In this document: positions 10,268 to 19,705 of the stretch, in pieces | How the letters are laid out: each line of letters begins with the position of its first letter | Numbering within the stretch: the stretch's first letter is position 1 | Source of the DNA: Methanofastidiosum sp. | GTDB lineage: Archaea; Methanobacteriota_B; Thermococci; Methanofastidiosales; Methanofastidiosaceae | Length of the DNA stretch: 64,000 nt | Assembly (NCBI GenBank): GCA_040771805.1 | Contig: JAXGZJ010000001.1 | Coordinates: 1,113,287 to 1,177,286, forward strand | Reading direction: 5' to 3' | Translations under genes and position numbers: made by a program | The notes under the pieces: generated by a model | Seen by the model: the letters and a program-made list of their open reading frames with translations, nothing else | Database searches by the model: none | Told to the model about the DNA's origin: nothing

Positions 10268-11419
10268 ATGAAAGGCATCTTGGAAAATGCTTCAAGATAT
10301 ACTCAAACTAATAACTTTGAAGAAACTGCAGCGGAATTAGAAGGTATCGGACATGCTAGGATAATATGTGCTGGATGTGGCGGTGCTGGTAATAATACTA
10401 TAAACAGACTTTCAATGCTTGGAGGAGTCATGGGTGCGGAGACAATTGCCTTGAATACTGATAGGCAGCACCTAGAAAACATCCAAGCTGACAAAAAATT
10501 TGTTATTGGAAAGGAACTAACAAAAGGTCTTGGAGCAGGAGGAGACCCGAGTGTCGGCTGGGAGGCCGCACAAGAGGATAGGCATAAATTAAAGGATTTA
10601 TTTAAAGACGCAAATTTAGTTTTTGTCTCTGCTGGCTTAGGGGGAGGAACTGGAACGGGGAGCGCTCCTGTAGTGGCTGAAGTTGCTAAAGAGTGTGGGG
10701 CATTGGTTGTAGGAGTAGTTACACTACCCTTTAGAATGGAAGGCTCACACAGATTTGAAAAGGCCATTCAAGGACTTGAAGCTTTTAGAAGATATGCAGA
10801 TACGGTTATCACATTAGACAATAACAAACTACTTCAACTTGTTCCGAATATGCCAATTGATTATGCATTTAGTGTATCTGACGAAGTTTTAGCAGAAATG
10901 GTTAAAGGTATCACAGAAACCATTACACAACCAAGTCTTGTAAATTTAGACTATGCGGATGTAAGGACAATTATGCAAGATGGAGGAGTTGCAGTAATCG
11001 GCGTTGGCGAATCAAATACAAAAAACAGAGTTGAAGAAGCAGTTCATGAAGCAATGACTTGTAAATTACTAGACGTTGACTACAAAAATGCAAAAGGTGC
11101 ACTTGTCCATGTTTCAGGTGGCAGCAATATGACCTTAAACGAAGCCAATAGGGTTGGAGAAATCGTTAATTCAATTATGGATCCTGAAGCAAAAATCATC
11201 TGGGGAGCAAGAGTCGATGAAAGTCTAAAAGATTCTATGAGGGTAATGCTCATTATGACTGGAGTAAAATCGCCATTCATATCTGGAAGAGCAGCCGATG
11301 GGGATATAGAATTACAGCCATTCGAAAGAGACGCCAGAAGAAAGAAAATGGGTGGTGGCGAAGGGTTTGGAAGAAGCATCGACTGGTCAAAATACGGAAT
11401 AGATGATCTATTCAGTTAA
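10268..11419 (+). CDS. ftsZ: cell division protein FtsZ
   Basis: Tubulin signature GLGGGTGTGSAPVVAE, an N-terminal GCGGAGNN motif and a C-terminal peptide GIDDLFS; 383 aa. Confidence 0.95.
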   Translation: MKGILENASRYTQTNNFEETAAELEGIGHARIICAGCGGAGNNTINRLSMLGGVMGAETIALNTDRQHLENIQADKKFVIGKELTKGLGAGGDPSVGWEAAQEDRHKLKDLFKDANLVFVSAGLGGGTGTGSAPVVAEVAKECGALVVGVVTLPFRMEGSHRFEKAIQGLEAFRRYADTVITLDNNKLLQLVPNMPIDYAFSVSDEVLAEMVKGITETITQPSLVNLDYADVRTIMQDGGVAVIGVGESNTKNRVEEAVHEAMTCKLLDVDYKNAKGALVHVSGGSNMTLNEANRVGEIVNSIMDPEAKIIWGARVDESLKDSMRVMLIMTGVKSPFISGRAADGDIELQPFERDARRKKMGGGEGFGRSIDWSKYGIDDLFS

Positions 11420-11480
11420 AGTGTTTATTTCATTTTATTAAATTCTATTTTCTAACTATAAAATATTTATTTTGATAAAT

Positions 11481-13295
11481 TTAACGCCCTCCAACTCCCC
11501 CACCACCAAATCCTCCACCACCACCGAAACCCCCTCCACCACCAAATCCTCCACTGCCACCTCCACCACTACTTGGCGGGGCGTAAGAAGATATTGGGGT
11601 AAAAGATCTATTTATTGTATGGTAGGGAACAACATTTGTTTCTTGTATGTTGATGTTAAGGGCTTTCATTGCGGCTTCAACTTTGTCTCCAACTCCCAAT
11701 GCAGTTCCATATACAAGCCATTCTCCCCACATTAAGAGGTCTCCTGGAGAGTATTTCTTCATTAATGCTAAATCAGACAAGAATTTAGCAAAGGCGTCCC
11801 ATTCAAGTTTTTCTTTATAGCTATCATTTTTCCATATACCAAATAAGGTTGTGGGGAATGCAATTGCAATTATTGACTGGATTACTATTATTATCGATGC
11901 AATAAGAGAACTTAAGGCATTAGTTGCAAAAGGTACCAATAACAACATAATGATAGACATTATAGCCAATATTATACCAGAAATCAAGACCGGTACTGGC
12001 CTAGTTCTTCCTTCAACTATATAATTTCTTATAATCTCTCTATCAGTTGGTTTAACGCTTGTGATACTGTTCAAAGATGATTGGTAACTTAGCATGGTTG
12101 TTTGATTTATAACATTTTTTCTGGCACTTTTAGCTAAAGAATCAATAGATTCAGTATCAACTACTCCATCTGTCCCTACTCTCTCAATAAATTTAATGAC
12201 ATTTGTTTCGAAATTATCAAGATCACTTTTATCTTTCAATGATATTGTTATAAATTTTGGATTGGCCTTTTCTTTAATTTCAATTTTATTTCTTTTATGA
12301 AGATCCAGGAGTGTCGCATACAAAGCATTATTATCAAAAGTGTTTGCCTCTCCTCTAAAAAGAAGATTGACTACCCACGGTTTTAATTTGTTATTAGGGA
12401 CAAAACTCAAGAATTCAGGAACTGTAAAAGACTTTTCTTTTCCATATCTATAATAAATGTATAAAAAGATAAATGGAACTATTACAAGTAATATAGTTGT
12501 TACATAGTATAAAATTTTTGCAGCATAAAATGGAATTGTATATAATAAATTAGCCATTTCTGTTTTTTGTTTGACTCCATTTATTTTTTCAGGGAAGCCA
12601 TTAATTATGTTAACATATTCGGATTTTAATAGAAGTTCAACTTCTAAAAGTTCATTTTCTTGAGAGTTACCAATAATAATAATATTTTTTGAATCCTCTA
12701 TAATCTTCACATTTGGAGGGTGAGGATAAATTTTAACTATATATTCTTTAGGCAAGATAATTTTAAATTTTTTTATTGGTATATGTTCTCTAAGAAATTT
12801 AAGATTCAAGTGGCTGAACTCATCATCATATTGAATCGGTGGTCTTAAAATATACTTGTATTCCAATGTATACTTCCCTTTATTATAATACGAAGGATTA
12901 TATGCTCCAACTTCATTTGTGTAAGCCAATGAGTCAATAGTATACTTATATTTACTATCTCCGTAGACGACTACATCTCCTACATAGTTTTTAGCATAAC
13001 CAATAGTCCCCGGTGGATGATTGATTCCAATAAATTCAATATGCGCCCTTCCTAATCTCTCAAACGAAAGAATATCGTCCCAATATCTATAGAGCATCCT
13101 ATATTGTCCTGAATTCTCTACATCATATGTGTACTTTTCAATTAGACTTCCGTCAGAAAGAAAGGTAACCTCATAGTTATCAACAATAAGGTCCCCTCCA
13201 AAGAAAATTGGGCCTTTAGGCAGTAACAATAACGTTGCCACACCTATTAATAATGTGACTAACACTAGTAATGTTATTTGTTTCGTTTCTGCCAT
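11481..13295 (-). CDS. DUF2207-family membrane protein with Gly-rich C-terminal tail
   Basis: N-terminal TM, large extracytoplasmic domain, TM cluster, and the tail SSGGGGSGGFGGGGGFGGGGGFGGGGVGGR. Sits 11 nt downstream of lemA, the usual pairing. Confidence 0.7.
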   Translation of the reverse strand: MAETKQITLLVLVTLLIGVATLLLLPKGPIFFGGDLIVDNYEVTFLSDGSLIEKYTYDVENSGQYRMLYRYWDDILSFERLGRAHIEFIGINHPPGTIGYAKNYVGDVVVYGDSKYKYTIDSLAYTNEVGAYNPSYYNKGKYTLEYKYILRPPIQYDDEFSHLNLKFLREHIPIKKFKIILPKEYIVKIYPHPPNVKIIEDSKNIIIIGNSQENELLEVELLLKSEYVNIINGFPEKINGVKQKTEMANLLYTIPFYAAKILYYVTTILLVIVPFIFLYIYYRYGKEKSFTVPEFLSFVPNNKLKPWVVNLLFRGEANTFDNNALYATLLDLHKRNKIEIKEKANPKFITISLKDKSDLDNFETNVIKFIERVGTDGVVDTESIDSLAKSARKNVINQTTMLSYQSSLNSITSVKPTDREIIRNYIVEGRTRPVPVLISGIILAIMSIIMLLLVPFATNALSSLIASIIIVIQSIIAIAFPTTLFGIWKNDSYKEKLEWDAFAKFLSDLALMKKYSPGDLLMWGEWLVYGTALGVGDKVEAAMKALNINIQETNVVPYHTINRSFTPISSYAPPSSGGGGSGGFGGGGGFGGGGGFGGGGVGGR

Positions 13296-13306
13296 GATTT
13301 CCTCTT

Positions 13307-13870
13307 TTAAAACTCAATTTTTGGTCTTGTCTCAATGGCCTCTTCAAATTTTAGATATTCTAATTTTATCAGTCCGATTATCATTCCAACAATATTTGAA
13401 GGTATTGTGTCTAGCATTGTGTTAAATTGCTGCGCTATGTTATTGTAGGTATATCTTTGCCTTGCAATTTCGTCTTCTATTGTTTTTACTGATTCCATTA
13501 AATTAGTTACAGTAGTAGAAGTTTTGAGGTCTGGATAGTTTTCTGCAACAGCTATAAGTCTCCCTAATATACCTGCACTTTGACGATCTATTTCACTTAT
13601 AGCTTCAGGAGTTGCACTTCCAATGCTTGCACGGTACTTTGTGACATTCTCCAAAGTTTCTTTCTCAAACTTTGCATAACTTTTTACTGCACCTAAAAGT
13701 TGGTCAATCATATCAAGACGTTTTTTTAAGGCAACTCTTATTTGACCTAACGTAGCTTCAGCTGAATTTTTTAAAGCAAAAAATCTGTTGTAGATGCCAA
13801 CAAATATTCCTATTAGAATAAGTGCAATAACAACTACAATTCCTATTATTAACAATATTGATAAGTCCAT
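13307..13870 (-). CDS. lemA: LemA-family protein
   Basis: 187 aa. N-terminal TM then [33 protein letters not shown] and AENYPDLK, typical of LemA. Confidence 0.85.
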   Translation of the reverse strand: MDLSILLIIGIVVVIALILIGIFVGIYNRFFALKNSAEATLGQIRVALKKRLDMIDQLLGAVKSYAKFEKETLENVTKYRASIGSATPEAISEIDRQSAGILGRLIAVAENYPDLKTSTTVTNLMESVKTIEDEIARQRYTYNNIAQQFNTMLDTIPSNIVGMIIGLIKLEYLKFEEAIETRPKIEF

Positions 13871-13949
13871 AAAATCTCCAACTACAATAGTATTATGCTA
13901 TTTAAGTAGTTTTCGGAGATACTTTTAAACGATTAGACAACGGAGAGAA

Positions 13950-15056
13950 TTACGGTATTATTTCAGGACCAAAATATTTTTCATATTCAAAATTTTTTGA
14001 ACTAATTATGCCCTTTTGTATTAGTTCTTTTATTTCAGGTACCTTATTTTCTAACTCATATATGAGATGCTTTATAGTTTTGCATATTAATTGATCTCCT
14101 TCTTCAGGCCACAATCTTAGGTGACTCCAGTAGAGGCATCTCCCCCCACAAATATGATTTACTTCGCAGTTGATACATCTTTCTGCCATAGGAAATACTT
14201 TTAGATCTTCAGGGTTAGAGTTTAAATCTCCAGAAAAAAAGTCTTCTATCCATGTCATAATGGGGCATGCCACAATCTTTCCGTCGGTGCGTATGGCATA
14301 TCCACTGTGTCCTGCTCCACATCTAAGTAAAGATTTTTCATTTTTAAGAAGACTATCTACAATCCCTATGAAAGGGTATAGTTTTAATGCCCTTTTATTT
14401 TGCATATCCTTTACCCAGAAATCAACAAGTTTTGTAAGTGAAGCATTGTATTCTTTTAAAAATATATTAAATTTCTTTTTATCATAGTCGTAAGCATAAA
14501 AGCCAGCATCTATTTGCCAGTGGATCGATGAAAAACCGATATCAATGAGATGCAATACTTGTTCATAAATGTCTGGTGATTTCAAATCTATAGTCATTCT
14601 GGCAATAATTTCGCCAATGTATCCTTTTTCTCTTATTAGGGAAACATTTTCCATTACTAAATTATAAGTTCCTTCACCTCGATTTGAATCAGTTTTTTCT
14701 TTATTGCCATCAATAGAAATTAGTATCCTATCAATCCTATTCAAATATTCAATTGGTAGTTCATTCAATAGTTTGCCGTTTGTTTGCATTCTATAAGGTA
14801 CATTGATATTGTCCATGATATCTTTAATTTTATTTATTTTAAGTAGGGGTTCACCTCCATAAAATATGATTACTGGATTTTTATCGCTTTTAATAAATCT
14901 TGCTAACTCTTCTATATTGATTTCACTATCCTCCGGTGCGGATAAATCTAATTTAATCTTACTTTCAATGTCAAAATCAAAATCATTCATTGACTTTTCA
15001 TAACAGTATTTACAGTGTGAGTTACATTTTGTTGTCAATACGATATGATAATGCAT
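13950..15056 (-). CDS. radical SAM / SPASM-domain enzyme (peptide-maturase-like)
   Basis: CNSHCKYCY (CxxxCxxC) at the N-terminus. C-terminal SPASM-like cysteines CGAGHSGYAIRTDGKIVACP ... CINCEVNHICGGRC. Confidence 0.75.
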   Translation of the reverse strand: MHYHIVLTTKCNSHCKYCYEKSMNDFDFDIESKIKLDLSAPEDSEINIEELARFIKSDKNPVIIFYGGEPLLKINKIKDIMDNINVPYRMQTNGKLLNELPIEYLNRIDRILISIDGNKEKTDSNRGEGTYNLVMENVSLIREKGYIGEIIARMTIDLKSPDIYEQVLHLIDIGFSSIHWQIDAGFYAYDYDKKKFNIFLKEYNASLTKLVDFWVKDMQNKRALKLYPFIGIVDSLLKNEKSLLRCGAGHSGYAIRTDGKIVACPIMTWIEDFFSGDLNSNPEDLKVFPMAERCINCEVNHICGGRCLYWSHLRLWPEEGDQLICKTIKHLIYELENKVPEIKELIQKGIISSKNFEYEKYFGPEIIP

Positions 15057-15158
15057 AGGTCAAAATTTATTGCATCGTTTAAATTTTTAATGTATTCTAT
15101 TTTGATATTTTTAATGTCATGTCATTTCTTATTTGAGAATAAATTTAATTTTTTAAAA

Positions 15159-15524
15159 TTACTTAAAAGCGGATTCGCACTGTTTACAATATGTAGCTGC
15201 ACAAGTTGTATTATTAAATTTCCACTTTAATCCCCATTCTTTAATCTCTTGAATTATATGGATAAAATCCTTTCCACTTTCCGTTAAAGAATAATCACAT
15301 TTAATAGGAATCGTCGAATTATCAATATCTTTTTTAACGAGGCCCTGGTTTTCTAACTCTTGAAGACGGAGTGAAAGAATTTTTGGAGTTATCCCCATTA
15401 ATCCTCTTTTTATTTCATTGAATCTTTTATGTTCATTTTCCCCTTTGTATAACTCCAATAAAATTAAAAGAGACCATTTTTTACCTACAATCTCTAGAGT
15501 ATTGTATATCGTACATTTGTCCAT
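15159..15524 (-). CDS. HxlR-family winged-helix transcriptional regulator
   Basis: LEIVGKKWSLLILLELYKG..KRFNEIKRGLMGITPKILSLRLQELENQGLV, with a Cys-containing C-terminal extension (CAATYCKQC). Confidence 0.8.
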   Translation of the reverse strand: MDKCTIYNTLEIVGKKWSLLILLELYKGENEHKRFNEIKRGLMGITPKILSLRLQELENQGLVKKDIDNSTIPIKCDYSLTESGKDFIHIIQEIKEWGLKWKFNNTTCAATYCKQCESAFK

Positions 15525-15534
15525 GGTATCAAAT

Positions 15535-15575
15535 TAGATACTTACTAATTTATATAGGTATCTATTATATACCTA
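15535..15575. promoter_or_regulatory. nested inverted repeats in the hxlR / Fe-S-cupin-cooS divergent intergenic region
   Basis: TAGATAC (15535-15541) pairs with GTATCTA (15558-15564). TAGGTAT (15555-15561) pairs with ATACCTA (15569-15575). Confidence 0.45.
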
Positions 15576-15600
15576 GTATACATTAGATATTGGTGGTAGA

Positions 15601-16434
15601 ATGGTTCAAAGAGATATTATTAAAATTGATGAAGATAAATGCAATGGGTGTGGGCTTTGTGTTCCTAATTGCCCAGAAGGGGCACTTCAAATAATAGATG
15701 GCAAAGCTAGACTTGTCAGTGATTTATTCTGTGACGGACTTGGGGCATGTATTGGAAACTGTCCAGAAGGGGCAATATCTGTTGAAAAAAGGGAAGCAGA
15801 AGAATACGATGAAAAAAAAGTAATGGAGAATATAATAAAACAAGGTAAGAATACAATAAAAGCACATCTAGAACACTTAGAAAATCATGGGGCAGATAAA
15901 TATCTAAAAGAGGCAAAGGATTTTCTTAAAGAAAGAGGAATAGACATTCCTGAAAAGGAAGGATCAACTAAAACGAGATCCTTCTGTCCTGGATCAAAAA
16001 TAATGGATTTTTCTAGAGAAGAAAAAAATCAAAATGAGGAGGGGAAAAGAACTTCTGAACTAAAACAATGGCCAATACAACTTCACTTAGTATCTCCCAA
16101 TGCCCCATATTTCGTTGGAAAAGATGTTTTACTTGCTGCTGATTGTACTGCATTTTCCATAGGAGATTTTCATAAAGATTTTCTCAAGGGTAAAACTTTA
16201 ATAATTGCTTGCCCCAAACTCGATTCAAATATCGATGTGTATGTTGAAAAATTAAGAAAAATGATAGATGAGGCAAGGATTAATACCTTGACTGTCTTAG
16301 TAATGGAAGTTCCGTGCTGCTCAAGCCTTCTTCAAATTGCAAAGAAGGCATTAAATAGTGCAAGTAGAAAAATTCCAATAAAGCTAATTGTAATTGGATT
16401 AAATGGAGAAGTGCTAACGGAGGAGTGGATATAA
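15601..16434 (+). CDS. 2x[4Fe-4S] ferredoxin-domain protein with C-terminal Cys-containing domain
   Basis: CNGCGLCVPNCP and CDGLGACIGNCP motifs. The C-terminal domain carries conserved Cys residues (AADCTAF, IACPKLD, EVPCCSS). Confidence 0.65.
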   Translation: MVQRDIIKIDEDKCNGCGLCVPNCPEGALQIIDGKARLVSDLFCDGLGACIGNCPEGAISVEKREAEEYDEKKVMENIIKQGKNTIKAHLEHLENHGADKYLKEAKDFLKERGIDIPEKEGSTKTRSFCPGSKIMDFSREEKNQNEEGKRTSELKQWPIQLHLVSPNAPYFVGKDVLLAADCTAFSIGDFHKDFLKGKTLIIACPKLDSNIDVYVEKLRKMIDEARINTLTVLVMEVPCCSSLLQIAKKALNSASRKIPIKLIVIGLNGEVLTEEWI

Positions 16435-16745
16435 TGGAAAAAGGATTTTGGAAAGATTTGAATAAAACAATGCAATTTCCGACAGAAGGCATTTTTAGTA
16501 CAGTTTTGGCAATGTCAAAAACGTATAACTATACATTAATGTGCCTATCTTCAGGTACAAACATAGATACACATACCTCAACAAAAGCAGGGATAGTACA
16601 AGTTCTAAAAGGAACAGGTACTTTTACACTAGGTGATGAAGAAATTGATATGGCTCCAGGAGTATTTATTTTCATGCCTAAAAATGCCCCGCATTCTTTG
16701 AAAGCCAAAGATAACCTAGCAATACTACTAGGATTAACAGACTAA
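16434..16745 (+). CDS. cupin-domain protein
   Basis: Cupin-like H.H...G...PG.....P...H pattern (DTHTSTKAGIVQVLKGTGTF...GVFIFMPKNAPHSL). ATG overlaps the upstream TAA (TAATG), with GGAGGAG upstream. The ORF track gives GTG 16425. Confidence 0.65.
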   Translation: MEKGFWKDLNKTMQFPTEGIFSTVLAMSKTYNYTLMCLSSGTNIDTHTSTKAGIVQVLKGTGTFTLGDEEIDMAPGVFIFMPKNAPHSLKAKDNLAILLGLTD

Positions 16746-16811
16746 CTATATTTCTTTTTTAAATTGGAACAAATGTATAAAAATAAATAATAAAATTTGT
16801 GAGGAATAAAA

Positions 16812-18716
16812 ATGGAAGGAGATAGAATATCATATCATGAATCTGTAAGAAAAATGTATGAAAAAATCAAAGAGGATAAAATAACAAACATATGGGATAG
16901 GTACGAGTCTCAAGGATTCGCTGGTGATCCTGATAAAAGATGTCCTTTTTGTCAAGGAGGAACAAGGTGTGATCTTTGTTCAAACGGTCCTTGCCGCTCT
17001 GATGCATCTATTGATAAAAGAGGAGCTTGTGGAATTACTGCAGATGGTATGGCAATGAGAATGATGCTACTAAGAAATGTATTAGGTGCATCAACTTACC
17101 AATATCATACTGAGCAAACAATAAAAACTCTTAGAGCAACGGCAAAGGGAGAAACTCCTTTTCAAATAAAAGAACCTTCTAAACTGAAATCATTTGCTGA
17201 AAGACTTGGAATAGATTCTAAAGGTAACATTAAAGAAATAGCATTAGATTTCTGTGACTTTGTTGAAGATGATTTTAACAGAAAATACTCAGAACCAAGT
17301 AAAATTGTAGAGTTATTAGCCCCAAAAGAAAGAAAAGATTCATGGAAGAAAATTGGGATATTTCCTGGAGGGATTCATGGAGAGATAATGCTCTCTACAA
17401 GTTCTTGTCTTACTAATGTGGATGGATATTATGTAAGCTTAGCATTAAAAGCAATGAGACTTGGAATAGCAATGGCTTACCAAAGCCAGATTATTAATGA
17501 ATTTTCACAAGATATTCTTTTTGGAATACCAAGACCACATAAAATGAGAGTCGACCTAGGTGTATTGGATCCAGATTATGTAAACGTCATACCTAATGGA
17601 CATGAACCTTTTTTGGGTTTTGCAATGATTCAACTTGCGAGAAAAGAAGAATGGCAACAGAAAGCCAAAAAAGTTGGGGCCAAAGGCCTTAGGATAATTG
17701 CAAATATTGAAACGGGTCAAGAGATGATCCAAAGATGGGAAATGGATGATGTTTTCTACGGATTTACAGGAAATTGGATAATGCAAGAAGCGATAATGGC
17801 AAGCGGATGTATAGACATTTTTGTGGCAGATATGAATTGTTCCATGCCAATTGATCCCATATATGCAGAAAAATACAAATTTAAATTAATACCTGTAAGT
17901 GAAGTTGTTGCATTTGAGGGTATTAAAGAAAGGATAAACTATTTGCCAGAAGAAGCAGAGATTCAAGCTGCATCATTATTGCAGATGGCAATCGATAACT
18001 TCAAAGAAAGAAGAAGCTCAATTAAGCCTGTTTTAGGATTTCCACTAAAAGAGGCAATAGTTGGATTCTCTACTGAAAGTATAGTTGAAACTTTAGGAGG
18101 AACAATTGAGCCACTTCTAAATGCAATAAAGGATGGAACGATAAGGGGTGTAGCAGGAATGGTTTCTTGCACTTCTTTAAGAGATTCTGGCCAAGATGTT
18201 CATACAATAAGAATAGTTAAAGAGTTGATCAAGAGAGACATATTAGTTTTGTCTTTAGGTTGCGGAAACAGTGCTGTGCAAGTAGGTGGATTATGTAGCT
18301 TGGAAGCTAAAGATTTAGCTGGACCAGGATTAAAAAAATTATGTAGTATTTTAAACACACCTCCTGTGCTAAGTTATGGAACTTGTACTGATGTTGGTAG
18401 GCTTGCAGATCTAATTGGAGTAATCTCAAAAGCTTTAGGGGACGTATCTGTAAAAGATTTGCCTGTTGTAGCAGTTGCACCAGAATATATGGAACAAAAA
18501 GCAACTATAGATGCGATATTTGCCCTAGCATTTGGATTGTACACATATGTAAATCCGGTTCCTCCTGTCACTGGGGGCCCAAATTTAGTAAAACTTTTGA
18601 CAGTTGATTGCAAAGATGTTACTGGAGGAATATTAAATGTTGAGAAGGATCCTGTAAAAGCAGCCGATGAAATGCTCGCTCACATTGAATCAAATAGAAA
18701 AAAACTTGGCATTTAA
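16812..18716 (+). CDS. cooS: anaerobic carbon-monoxide dehydrogenase catalytic subunit
   Basis: 634 aa. N-terminal cluster motifs CPFCQGGTRCDLCSNGPC and ACGITADG, and length plus Cys/His pattern typical of Ni-CODH CooS. Confidence 0.85.
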   Translation: MEGDRISYHESVRKMYEKIKEDKITNIWDRYESQGFAGDPDKRCPFCQGGTRCDLCSNGPCRSDASIDKRGACGITADGMAMRMMLLRNVLGASTYQYHTEQTIKTLRATAKGETPFQIKEPSKLKSFAERLGIDSKGNIKEIALDFCDFVEDDFNRKYSEPSKIVELLAPKERKDSWKKIGIFPGGIHGEIMLSTSSCLTNVDGYYVSLALKAMRLGIAMAYQSQIINEFSQDILFGIPRPHKMRVDLGVLDPDYVNVIPNGHEPFLGFAMIQLARKEEWQQKAKKVGAKGLRIIANIETGQEMIQRWEMDDVFYGFTGNWIMQEAIMASGCIDIFVADMNCSMPIDPIYAEKYKFKLIPVSEVVAFEGIKERINYLPEEAEIQAASLLQMAIDNFKERRSSIKPVLGFPLKEAIVGFSTESIVETLGGTIEPLLNAIKDGTIRGVAGMVSCTSLRDSGQDVHTIRIVKELIKRDILVLSLGCGNSAVQVGGLCSLEAKDLAGPGLKKLCSILNTPPVLSYGTCTDVGRLADLIGVISKALGDVSVKDLPVVAVAPEYMEQKATIDAIFALAFGLYTYVNPVPPVTGGPNLVKLLTVDCKDVTGGILNVEKDPVKAADEMLAHIESNRKKLGI

Positions 18717-18760
18717 TAAATAATTAATTTTTTATATTTAATTATCTTTTTTTAAAACGA

Positions 18761-19342
18761 ATGTCAAATGAAGATACATCCAATCCGATAAGTAATTATC
18801 CTCTCAAAGCGTCAATTCCTAAAAATAAAAATGTGTCTAGAAGAAGAGACTTGTGGCTAATGAAACAACTTGATATGTACGAAGCAAATTATTCTCAAAG
18901 TAATATAGATGAAATTAAAAAGCGGATTACTTTAGTCCAAGAAAATACACTTCCAATACAAAGATTACTTCTTAAATATCCTAATAGATGGCCTAAACTC
19001 AATAACACCTTAGAGCTTTTTAAAGAGAAAACGAAAATTGATTGGGAAAAAAGAAATAATGAAATGGGCTACCACAAACTTTCATACAAAGAAAAAGAAT
19101 ATCTAAAAAAATCTTTAATGCTTACTAACTTAAAATTATCAAAATTAAAAGTGCCCTTACCTTCACCTGTTTTCAATGCAATTTATCGTTTTATTGAAAA
19201 TAAAGAGTTTGAATATCTTTTAGATAAAAAGTCTATTTCATATATTATGAATCTCACTGAACAAAATGATCCTCCTCTAAACTGGGATAAAAAACTCTAT
19301 GGATTTTTGAGAAAATATTTAAGAAAAGAAATAATGAGATAA
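18761..19342 (+). CDS. hypothetical protein (basic, Lys-rich)
   Basis: 193-aa ORF with no competing ORF. No domain recognised. Confidence 0.5.
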   Translation: MSNEDTSNPISNYPLKASIPKNKNVSRRRDLWLMKQLDMYEANYSQSNIDEIKKRITLVQENTLPIQRLLLKYPNRWPKLNNTLELFKEKTKIDWEKRNNEMGYHKLSYKEKEYLKKSLMLTNLKLSKLKVPLPSPVFNAIYRFIENKEFEYLLDKKSISYIMNLTEQNDPPLNWDKKLYGFLRKYLRKEIMR

Positions 19343-19364
19343 GAATATCTCTCAAACATAAAAA

Positions 19365-19598
19365 CTAATCATATTTAGACAACCTTCTTCTCTTTGCTTC
19401 ATAACTTTCGTTACAAGATGCCATTACATGATCTTTGTAGTAGACCCTTAATTTTTCAAGTTCTTTCTTTTTTTCTTCTATCTTTTCTTTAAGCGATGGG
19501 TCTTGTTTAGCTAGATACTCATTCTTAAGTGCAATTAGTTCATTTTCTAAATGTTTTATTTTAGCTAAGGTTCCAGATACTAAATCAATTGATTTCAT
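19365..19598 (-). CDS. hypothetical coiled-coil protein
   Basis: 77-aa ORF with a heptad-like Lys/Glu-rich sequence. Convergent with the upstream gene. Confidence 0.45.
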   Translation of the reverse strand: MKSIDLVSGTLAKIKHLENELIALKNEYLAKQDPSLKEKIEEKKKELEKLRVYYKDHVMASCNESYEAKRRRLSKYD

Positions 19599-19705
19599 CT
19601 TATCACTTATACTACAGTACTATTGTATATAATAATGTTTCTTTTTTCAAAAAATATACTAGGAAACAGAAAATCGAAATATTGGAAAATTTAAATTTGA
19701 TATTA

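Noticed and set aside
10303-10767. 154-aa ORF antisense to ftsZ, and similar long antisense ORFs in the track (e.g. 1263-1481, 11080-11379, 34617-34916, 35424-35723, 38259-38846, 43254-44126, 55909-56289, 57676-57939).
   Set aside because: Each lies entirely within a strongly supported gene on the opposite strand. They have low-complexity or odd composition (Ser/Pro/Leu-rich) and no ribosome-binding site. These are typical shadow ORFs.
11481-11590. CCACC/TCC-rich low-complexity DNA that looks like a simple-sequence repeat.
   Set aside because: It is the reverse complement of the in-frame poly-Gly/Phe C-terminal tail of the DUF2207 gene. It is not an independent repeat element.
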